Source of the DNA: Candidatus Woesearchaeota archaeon
Lineage (GTDB): Archaea > Nanobdellota > Nanobdellia > SCGC-AAA011-G17 > GW2011-AR17
DNA: 53,977 nucleotides
Direction: 5' to 3'
NCBI GenBank assembly: GCA_043818535.1
Contig: JBDRFS010000057.1
Span: 1 to 53,977 of the forward strand
Of the stretch, positions 18,431-25,620 are shown piece after piece. The notes under the pieces are model-generated. The model had not been told where the DNA came from, ran no database searches, and saw only the letters and a program-made list of their open reading frames with translations. Made by a program: the position numbers and the translations under genes. The first letter of the stretch is position 1; every line of letters starts with the position of its first letter.

Positions 18431-19330
18431 ATCTAGCTTAACACCAGAATGTGAGTTTTCATATATCTGCATAAGCTCCTTTTTCAACCCAAGATCCCTA
18501 AATTCAGGCGATACAAATAGAAGAATAAGCTTGTTATTAACCCTTTTCTTGACGACGGGAATACCCTTCTTTATGAGACTACTAACATAAGTCCTTATAC
18601 ACCCTTCCGTTAGCTTAAGTTTCTTAGCAATTGAAGCATATGTGACTTTCCCGTCATCCTCCTCAAGCTGGTATACAGCAAGGAATGTCATGAGCTCTTG
18701 CCTTGAAAGTAAGCCAAACCTCATAGCAATCTCCCTTTTCCCCTCAGAAAGGGCCCTTATAGGGCTTCTCAAACGCCCCTCAACGTCAGGAATTGAGTCT
18801 TCAAGAGTGACAAGGGAAACATTAGATTTAGACTCTGCAGGCCAATTAACAGGAGCTTCCGACATCGGAAGAACCCCCATTTCTCCCTCTAAAGGCGATG
18901 CCAATTCCTTATCCTCCACAGCTTCAACCACAGGCTGCTTTTCTGAAGCCAGAGGTTCTTTCTCAGCCAAATTATCATTAATAGCAGTCTCAGGCACTAT
19001 GGTAACCGTTTTAGGTTCAAAATGGTCCTTTTTGGCTGTTTTAGGATGTGAATGAATGCCTAGTGAATGCCTAGTGAATGAATGAATATCTGAATAGACC
19101 CCTTCATTTCCTGTGGAACTCCTTTCAAGCGCCCTAACTCTTAGTCGTAAAGCCTTATTATCTTTAAGAATCACACCCATTTTGTCTAAAAGAGCCAAAA
19201 TCTGGGAGTTTTGCTTAATTATGTACCCCCTATTAGCTCTAGTCTCTGATTCAAGCATTTTAAAGTGCTCTTTTACCCTTTTGAAGGATTTTTCTACATT
19301 ATCCATAAAAGAATCATCTAATTTAGCCAT
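18422..19330 (-). CDS. Coiled-coil / HTH-domain protein
   Basis: 302 aa with an N-terminal coiled coil and a C-terminal LTEGCIRTYVSSLIKKGIPVVKKRV (HTH-like). It carries a short internal tandem duplication at about 19050-19085. Confidence 0.5.
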   Translation of the reverse strand: MAKLDDSFMDNVEKSFKRVKEHFKMLESETRANRGYIIKQNSQILALLDKMGVILKDNKALRLRVRALERSSTGNEGVYSDIHSFTRHSLGIHSHPKTAKKDHFEPKTVTIVPETAINDNLAEKEPLASEKQPVVEAVEDKELASPLEGEMGVLPMSEAPVNWPAESKSNVSLVTLEDSIPDVEGRLRSPIRALSEGKREIAMRFGLLSRQELMTFLAVYQLEEDDGKVTYASIAKKLKLTEGCIRTYVSSLIKKGIPVVKKRVNNKLILLFVSPEFRDLGLKKELMQIYENSHSGVKLDMF

Positions 19331-19408
19331 TTTCTTGTCCCGTAACTAGAGGGAACAAATTAGTATTTAAATATTTTTGCAGGATAAATGAATAAAAAAT
19401 GAATAAAG

Positions 19409-19825
19409 CTACTTCTTTGAAGCTTCCTGAAGTACAGGCAGCCTTATGTGGGGTGGAAGATTAACCTCCTGAGAAAGAAGCAAGGCTTTGATATTAGACT
19501 TAATAAGGACTGAATTAAGTATCTCCCTAGCAAACTCCTTCTTAAGCTTCTTTTCTTTCTTCCATTCCTTAAGCATAGAGTCTATATCTTTATTGTTCTC
19601 AAGAAAATGTATGTGACCGCCTATACTCATTGCAGCGACGTCGGGCTTATACTCCAGCTTAAACTCAAAATCAAGCCTAAGAACCTGACTATCTTTAGAG
19701 CTAAAGGAAAGATCTTCCTTTTTCATTTCAGTCACATTAACATTAGTGTTTATGCTTAAAGGTGGCTTGATTTCACCTTTCTTCTCGACATACAATTTAT
19801 CAAAGTTTATTCCTATTATTGGCAT
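19409..19825 (-). CDS. Hypothetical protein
   Basis: 138-aa ORF. No family recognised. Confidence 0.5.
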   Translation of the reverse strand: MPIIGINFDKLYVEKKGEIKPPLSINTNVNVTEMKKEDLSFSSKDSQVLRLDFEFKLEYKPDVAAMSIGGHIHFLENNKDIDSMLKEWKKEKKLKKEFAREILNSVLIKSNIKALLLSQEVNLPPHIRLPVLQEASKK

Positions 19826-19875
19826 TTTTAATCACCAGAAATTAAGTATCTCAAGGCATTATTTAAACTTTGTGG

Positions 19876-21564
19876 TTACATCCTTGAAGGAGCCACTATG
19901 CCTAAAATCCCAAGCCCATTGCACAATACCTGCTTTACACCCAGCACAAGAAGCACTCTTGCTTTCATAAGCTCTTCATCCTCGCTAATACAAGGGCAAG
20001 TATGATAAAACTCACTGAACTTCTGGGAAACATCTATAAGATACCTGCAAACAAGAGAAGGCTTATTATGCGATGCAGCATCCTTAATTACCGAAGGAAA
20101 CCTATCAAGAAGCACTACTAATTCCTGCTCAACACCATCTGAAAGCCTAGAAAAATCAGCCTTTGTTTCCACTTCCAGATTAGCTTTTCGGAGTATAGAA
20201 CACACCCTAGCATGAGCATACTGCACGTATGGTCCTGTCTCCCCTTCAAAAGCTATAGACTCTTTGGGATTGAACACAAAATCCATATTGGGATCATACT
20301 TCAGGAAGAAGAATTTTATCGCACCCAAAGCTATTTCTGAAGCCCTCTTCTCAACTTCCTCATCAGGGATATCATGCCTCTTCTTTATTTCCTCACGAGC
20401 AAGCTTCTTCATATCAGAGATAACATCATCAGCATCAACAACAGTCCCTTCCCTTGATTTCATCCTCCCTGACTGTAATGAAACATAACCATAGCTCAGA
20501 TGAAAGCACTTCTTTGCCCAAGCAAAGCCAAGAACCTGCAAAACAGCAAAAAGCTGCTTAAAATAAAGGCTCTGCTCTGAACCGACTACATAGTAAGATG
20601 CATCTATCTTATAATCCTCAAACTTCTTATTAGCCAAGTAAATATCCTGTGTGATATAAAGGGAAGTGCCATCAGACTTCAGAAGCACCTTATCCGGAAG
20701 ATTAAACTTTGAAAGGTCTGCCACAACAGCCCCTTCTTTTTTTACAAACTTCCCGTCGTCAAGACCCCTTTTTATTATCTCCCTTCCCAAGGTGTAAATC
20801 TCACTTTCATAATAAGTTACATCAAATTCACAGCCTAAAGATTTGTAAGTCTCATCATAGCCTTCATAAACCCATCCTGACATCTTCTTCCATACCTTAA
20901 TAACTTCCTCGTCGCCAAGCTCCCATCTAGAAAGCAGCTCTTTCGCCTCCTCCTCTAATTTAGGGTCCCCCTTGGCTTTCTGGTGAAACATGACATAATA
21001 ATCTGCCACAAAGTGATCCGGCTTAATATCAGGCTCCTTGCCATTTCCCCATTTCATATATGCAAGCAATGCCTGGGTTACTCCCAAGCCCCTGTCATTC
21101 ATAAGGCAGCACCTTATTACCTTTGCACCGACGGCAGAAAGCACATTGCTCAAGGCCATCCCTAAAAGGTTATTCCTCACGTGACCCAGATGCTGAGCCT
21201 TATTGGTGTTTGGGGAGGAATACTCTATCATAAGGCTGTTTTCGGCCATATCTGTCGAGTGCCCATAATTATCAGCATCACTTACTATCTTAGGCAGTAT
21301 TTCGGCAGCAAGCTTGGCCTTGTCCACATAAAAATTAACATACGGACCTAAAGCCTTTATCTCAGCAATAATTCCCTCGGGCTTGAGCTTGGAGGCAAGT
21401 TCAGAAGCTATTGCCGGAGGCGCCTTTTTCATTACCTTAGACAAAGCAAAGCATGGAAAAGCCAAGTCCCCCATTTCAGGAGATGGCGGGATCTCAAGAA
21501 GGCTATCAACATCTACATCAAAGTCCTTCTTCAACAATCTTATAACATCATTCCTGAATGCCAT
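19876..21564 (-). CDS. argS: Arginyl-tRNA synthetase
   Basis: Contains SSPNTNKAQHLGHVRN (HIGH-type motif), a later MKSREG, and an anticodon-binding C-terminus ending in M. I chose ATG 21564 (MAFRND), because the track start at 21627 is TTG. Confidence 0.93.
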   Translation of the reverse strand: MAFRNDVIRLLKKDFDVDVDSLLEIPPSPEMGDLAFPCFALSKVMKKAPPAIASELASKLKPEGIIAEIKALGPYVNFYVDKAKLAAEILPKIVSDADNYGHSTDMAENSLMIEYSSPNTNKAQHLGHVRNNLLGMALSNVLSAVGAKVIRCCLMNDRGLGVTQALLAYMKWGNGKEPDIKPDHFVADYYVMFHQKAKGDPKLEEEAKELLSRWELGDEEVIKVWKKMSGWVYEGYDETYKSLGCEFDVTYYESEIYTLGREIIKRGLDDGKFVKKEGAVVADLSKFNLPDKVLLKSDGTSLYITQDIYLANKKFEDYKIDASYYVVGSEQSLYFKQLFAVLQVLGFAWAKKCFHLSYGYVSLQSGRMKSREGTVVDADDVISDMKKLAREEIKKRHDIPDEEVEKRASEIALGAIKFFFLKYDPNMDFVFNPKESIAFEGETGPYVQYAHARVCSILRKANLEVETKADFSRLSDGVEQELVVLLDRFPSVIKDAASHNKPSLVCRYLIDVSQKFSEFYHTCPCISEDEELMKARVLLVLGVKQVLCNGLGILGIVAPSRM

Positions 21565-21589
21565 GCTGTTTCCTATTGCAACTCTTTTT

Positions 21590-22090
21590 TTAAGCCTTTC
21601 TATAGAACCTGTTAAAAATATCAACAAAAAGCTCTTGCTCCACCTTAAGCCCGGAAGCTATAAGCCTCTGTGCAAACCCCTTGCCCACCGCCATAGCATC
21701 TTTTCCCTTGAGCCTGTAATTGAAGAGCCTCCTAAATGTGTAGTCGCACATAAAGCCCTCATTTATCTCTATGACAGCAGGGAACTTGCCCTTTCTTACT
21801 GTGAGCAAAGAGATATCCACCTCAACATTATCCTTTTGGAATAGATTATTTGAACGCTCAAACCCTCTCTTTTTTAGCTCATTGGCTATGAGGCTTGAGA
21901 GCATTCCCTTAAGGGCCTTTGCTTCTTTTATTTCCTCAACAGTATTCTCCCCAGGGAACTTAAGGGCCCTTCCAAGATACTTCCTCACAGACTGCTTGCT
22001 TGTTATGCCTTTCCATTTGTTTCTTACAAGATAAGCATAGGAATACTGCTTTCCAGAAGAGTTGGTTCTCGTTTTTATCCTAATAAACAT
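21590..22090 (-). CDS. Hypothetical protein
   Basis: 166-aa basic ORF (MFIRIKTRTNSSGKQYSYAYLV...). No family assigned with confidence. Confidence 0.45.
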   Translation of the reverse strand: MFIRIKTRTNSSGKQYSYAYLVRNKWKGITSKQSVRKYLGRALKFPGENTVEEIKEAKALKGMLSSLIANELKKRGFERSNNLFQKDNVEVDISLLTVRKGKFPAVIEINEGFMCDYTFRRLFNYRLKGKDAMAVGKGFAQRLIASGLKVEQELFVDIFNRFYRKA

Positions 22091-22164
22091 GAGTTATTAT
22101 GGGCACTTGCGGTTTATATAATTTTTTAGCAGCCTGGAATGTCTTGTGCTCAATCAGATGGTCG

Positions 22165-22374
22165 CTAGATTATCTTCTTGCCCAGTTCAGTTATGTGGAT
22201 TACATTCACTGGGCAGGCTTCTGCTGCTTCCTTGTTGCATCCCAGATCATCGACTTCTCCATTCTTAAGCTGGGCCTTGCCATCACTCCCCTCTTCCCAT
22301 GAATCAGGGCAGATTGTCCAGCATGAGCCGCATGATATGCAGTTTTCCCTGTCATGCTCTATCTTGTATTTCAT
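22165..22374 (-). CDS. Small 4Fe-4S ferredoxin
   Basis: 69 aa with CISCGSCWTICP plus a distal CPVNVI. Confidence 0.75.
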   Translation of the reverse strand: MKYKIEHDRENCISCGSCWTICPDSWEEGSDGKAQLKNGEVDDLGCNKEAAEACPVNVIHITELGKKII

Positions 22375-22904
22375 GAAATCACCTTCATCAAATTGTTGAT
22401 CTTATAGTAAAAATTTTCCAAAGTATCATTGTTAATAAGGACATGCTGCGCCATCTCTATTGCTTTTTCCAAGCCCTTGTTTTTTATGTCCCTTTCATCC
22501 CTCGCAAAAAAACCCTCTTTGTCTTGTGGATCATCTGGGCTTCTCCTGTTATACCGGGTATCCTTATCCGCCGTTATTCCCACAAGGACAAACTCTTTCT
22601 CCCCATATATGCTTCGGGCCAAGTCAACCTCTTCCGGGCTCCTGAAGCCCAGTAAGACAATATCCTGCTTATAATCCCTTAAACCCTCCAAGGACCTCCT
22701 TGTAACTATGTCCATGCCAAATTGCTTTCTCCACTCATCTGCAAGCCTTGACATTCCGTCTTTTGTGGGCGTTTGGCCTGATTTCATTAATGAATCCCTT
22801 AGCACATCGCTTGTGTTTACTTTTTTATAGCCATAGTTCTTTACCAGGTAATCTGAAAAAACATCCTTGCCTGCCCTTGCCAAGGCCACTACTCCGACAA
22901 TCAT
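22371..22904 (-). CDS. P-loop nucleotide kinase (dNMP-kinase-like)
   Basis: The N-terminal VALARAGKD P-loop variant resembles phage-type deoxynucleotide monophosphate kinases. It has 4-nt overlaps with both neighbours (dCMP deaminase upstream, ferredoxin downstream). Confidence 0.5.
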   Translation of the reverse strand: MIVGVVALARAGKDVFSDYLVKNYGYKKVNTSDVLRDSLMKSGQTPTKDGMSRLADEWRKQFGMDIVTRRSLEGLRDYKQDIVLLGFRSPEEVDLARSIYGEKEFVLVGITADKDTRYNRRSPDDPQDKEGFFARDERDIKNKGLEKAIEMAQHVLINNDTLENFYYKINNLMKVIS

Positions 22905-23455
22905 TTCTTATCGCCCTTAATATTGGTTAGGAGTTCTGCCTTAAAGCTTTCATCAAACGTCTTGCCCACCCCTAAAAGTATGCCGTCAACCAGCACTTCC
23001 TCCACAGGCCTTCCAGAGTACTTTGCCATCTCTATTGAAGAATGCTTTAGGATTGAGTCGACCAGCTCTGAAGGGTAATCCCTGTAGAAGACTATTTTCT
23101 TAACGCCTGCATTAATTAATGAAGTCAGGCACCATTTGCAGGGTGTAATAACGACATAGATCGTTGAGCCTGTTGCTGATCCCCCGCCCATATAAGCCAA
23201 CTGGTTTATGCAGTTCTGTTCTGCATGGACATTGGGGCACATTTCTGACATGCCCTTTCCGATCTCTATGCCTTTTTCTCTTCTTACGCAGGATTCACAG
23301 TGGGGGTGGCCGGATGGGGGCCCATTATAGCCGGCAGCAATCACTCTCTTGTCCTTGACTAGGACTGCCCCTACTTTTCTGCTCTTACAAGGGCTTCTCT
23401 GGGCCACTAGGAAGGCCTGGGCCATGAAATACTCTTCCCATGTTGGTCTTGCCAT
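22901..23455 (-). CDS. dCMP (deoxycytidylate) deaminase
   Basis: Zinc motifs HAEQNCI and PCKWC at CDA-fold spacing. Confidence 0.85.
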   Translation of the reverse strand: MARPTWEEYFMAQAFLVAQRSPCKSRKVGAVLVKDKRVIAAGYNGPPSGHPHCESCVRREKGIEIGKGMSEMCPNVHAEQNCINQLAYMGGGSATGSTIYVVITPCKWCLTSLINAGVKKIVFYRDYPSELVDSILKHSSIEMAKYSGRPVEEVLVDGILLGVGKTFDESFKAELLTNIKGDKK

Positions 23456-23728
23456 GTTTTAGAGATTAAAGCTGGGAGTTTATTAAGATTTGTATAATGC
23501 ATGTTATATGTTGGCTTGGAGGGGCTGTCGCCTAGATGGGAAGTGCCATATTTGTCCCCAAAAGCTTAATTAACATCTTCTATGTATGTCATAATTGTCC
23601 TGGTAAGAGCCGGGGCCACATGCCAACCCATTATGGCCGCAGCAAGCGGTTATAAAATACAGCCGCAACACTTGGTAGCCTAGGCGAAGAGCTGAAGCGG
23701 CAGTGCTTACAAGAATGGGCTGGCTACT

Positions 23729-23816
23729 GAGGGCGGCTTCGCTCAACTACAATAATGGGCAATTCCATATTAATTGCAACAACAACATGAACAATAATGG
23801 CCGTTCCCGCGCAATG
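23729..23816 (+). repeat. DGR template repeat (TR), 88 nt
   Basis: GAGGGCGGCTTCGCTCAACTACAATAATGGGCAATTCCATATTAATTGCAACAACAACATGAACAATAATGGCCGTTCCCGCGCAATG. It is AAC/AAT-rich, with about 29 A by my count. It aligns without gaps to both VRs, and every mismatch falls on a TR adenine. Confidence 0.92.
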
Positions 23817-23844
23817 ACCCTGGCTCAGCCATGACTCATTCGCG

Positions 23845-25428
23845 ATGATGAGACACTCTTCCCTATGGAAAGGACTTTGCTCATACGAGAATTTGGAAGT
23901 GGCTTTCAACAATGCAAGGAAGCACAAGACACTTAAGCCCTATATTATTAATTTTGAAAAGAACCTGAAAGAGAACCTTCTTAAGCTGCAATTAGGGCTG
24001 TTGTTCCATATATATGGGCCTCAGCCATTAACCACATTTGTAATTCAAGACCCTAAGACTAGAAAGATAAGCAGGTCAGACTTCAGGGACAGGATAGTGC
24101 ATCATGCCTTGTGCAATGTAATTGAGCCCATATTCAATAAGAGTTTTATTTTTGATTCCTATGCAAACAGGATAGGAAAAGGTTGCCTTAAGGCAATAAA
24201 GAGATTTGGCAGTTTCAAGCGCAAAGTCTCAAGGAATAAAAACAGGAAATGTTTTGTGCTTAAGGCAGACATAAGGCATTATTTTGAAACAGTCAACCAT
24301 AATATCCTGCTCTATCTCATAAAAAAGAAGATTAAAGACAAGAATGTTCTGTGGCTGATCAAGATAATTCTCTCTAATTATAATTCCAAAAAAGAAGGCG
24401 TGGGAATGCCTCTTGGTAACCTTACCTCACAATTCTTTGCTAACCTTTACCTCAATGAACTAGACCAGTATGTTAAACATAAGCTCAAGATAAAATATTA
24501 CATAAGATATGTAGATGACTTTGTCATACTTCATACTTCTAAGGATGTTCTTGAAGAATATAAAAGAGAGATTAACAATTTCCTTAAAAGAAATCTTGAG
24601 TTGGAATTGCATCCAGACAAATCAAAAGTTCTTCCTTTAGAAGCAGGAATCTCATTCTTAGGCTTCAGGATATTTTACTACCACCTGCTTGTCAAGAAAA
24701 AGAATGTTGACAAATTTGAAAGGAAATTTCAGGACTTCAAGAAAAGATTTGCCAAAGAAGATATTGGGCGCGATGAAATAATTGACAGCTTTCAGGGCTG
24801 GATGGCATATATTATGCATGGCAATACTTACAAGTACAGAAGGCATCTCACAAAGCTATTGAATCATACTTTTCCAGCAGAAGTTCCACCCCAAAATAAA
24901 AAGCAGGAGAATCTTGAAAAAGCTGTAGCGGTTAGTGAGATGGAATTTTCGACCCAGAAAACCTTGAAGTTATTCAAAGAGGGTATGGGAATTTCACAAA
25001 TAGGAGAAAAAAGAGGGATTAAAGAAGCAACAGCATGGAAACATCTTGCAAAGCTTATAGAGCAAGGGCTGCTGAGTGTTTATGATGTTCTTCCCCAAAA
25101 GAAAATAAGGAAAATCCAGTTTAAGATTAAGAAAGAGGCCGAAAGTTTAGAAGTCATAAAAGCAAGGCTTGGCAACTCATTCTCTTATGCTGAAATCCGG
25201 TGTGTTATTGCATCTGTTAAACATAGAAACAGGAAGAGAAGCATAAGCAGTCTTGTGAAGTGGTACAGGAAGGCATATTGCTTAAGAAAATGTAGCGAGG
25301 ATGCTTCAACAAAAAGGGCTTGCTGGGCAAAGCTTAAGGAGTTTTCAGAAATTAATACATTTCTACAACTTCCAAGCCGGAAGTTCTTAAAATTGATTAG
25401 AAAAGATATGGATATTTGTTGCCTTTAG
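23845..25428 (+). CDS. DGR reverse transcriptase with a C-terminal HTH-type extension
   Basis: RT motifs are LGNLTSQ (the DGR-type I/LGxxxSQ), RYVDDFVIL (YxDD) and a thumb-like FQGWMAYIMHGNTY. About 170 extra C-terminal residues contain GISQIGEKRGIKEATAWKHLAKLIEQGLL, which resembles helicase-associated HTH (HTH_40-like) domains. Confidence 0.93.
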   Translation: MMRHSSLWKGLCSYENLEVAFNNARKHKTLKPYIINFEKNLKENLLKLQLGLLFHIYGPQPLTTFVIQDPKTRKISRSDFRDRIVHHALCNVIEPIFNKSFIFDSYANRIGKGCLKAIKRFGSFKRKVSRNKNRKCFVLKADIRHYFETVNHNILLYLIKKKIKDKNVLWLIKIILSNYNSKKEGVGMPLGNLTSQFFANLYLNELDQYVKHKLKIKYYIRYVDDFVILHTSKDVLEEYKREINNFLKRNLELELHPDKSKVLPLEAGISFLGFRIFYYHLLVKKKNVDKFERKFQDFKKRFAKEDIGRDEIIDSFQGWMAYIMHGNTYKYRRHLTKLLNHTFPAEVPPQNKKQENLEKAVAVSEMEFSTQKTLKLFKEGMGISQIGEKRGIKEATAWKHLAKLIEQGLLSVYDVLPQKKIRKIQFKIKKEAESLEVIKARLGNSFSYAEIRCVIASVKHRNRKRSISSLVKWYRKAYCLRKCSEDASTKRACWAKLKEFSEINTFLQLPSRKFLKLIRKDMDICCL

Positions 25429-25620
25429 AATTGGAAAATGAATTAATTTTGGCAGCCGCAATATAGGTGGATAGCTTTAGCTTAGAAGATTTGCTTAGGG
25501 TGGAGCGAATGGGGCGCTGCGTGCTAAGCCCTGCTGGAGCTTAATAGTTTTCCGGGCATTTCTGCGTAGCCATTCAAGAAAAAATTTGCGACAGCCAAGC
25601 CCCCCTCACACATCCCACCC

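Larger units (their letters stand above)
23729..25428 (+). mobile_element. Diversity-generating retroelement core (template repeat + reverse transcriptase)
   Basis: The TR lies 28 nt upstream of the RT ATG, and cognate VRs lie on the opposite strand at 25660-25747 and 27615-27702. Confidence 0.9.

Noticed and set aside
19040-19090. A short tandem duplication (GAATGCCTAGT x2 followed by GAATGAATGAAT) inside the 18422 gene might be a phase-variation switch.
   Set aside because: The reading frame is intact through it and there are only two units. There is no homopolymer or long microsatellite that would slip at appreciable frequency, so it is probably a fixed small duplication.
19106-19120. An exact 15-mer, ATTTCCTGTGGAACT, is shared with the ORB-like repeat at 53863-53877. 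This suggested a second origin element inside the 18422 gene.
   Set aside because: In 54 kb on both strands, roughly one to three exact 15-mer coincidences are expected by chance (N squared over 4^15), and more in biased composition. This copy is inside a coding region with no second repeat nearby.
21565-21627. N-terminal extensions of the longest ORFs: ArgRS 21627, PLD 16666, DMT 7675, 39722-40426, PadR 13615 and wHTH 41203.
   Set aside because: The extensions begin at TTG, overlap neighbouring genes, or lack the family N-terminus. Downstream ATGs give canonical N-termini, and one of them (40327) has a GGAGG just upstream.
23724-23927. A 67-aa minus-strand ORF across the TR and RT start, and the analogous plus-strand ORFs 34063-34269 and 46011-46256 across the VR remnants.
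   Set aside because: They lie antisense to or across the GC-rich repeat sequence and partly use non-ATG starts. They have no independent support and are best explained as chance open frames in GC-rich repeats.
23845-25428. The RT might be a group II intron maturase or a retron RT.
   Set aside because: It has LGNLTSQ rather than the group II QGxxxSP-type motif 4. I saw no intron domain V/VI-like RNA or GUGYG...AY boundaries around the ORF. It has no En/maturase-type C-terminus. The adjacent 88-nt repeat has adenine-only mismatches to two gene 3' ends, which retrons and group II introns do not produce.
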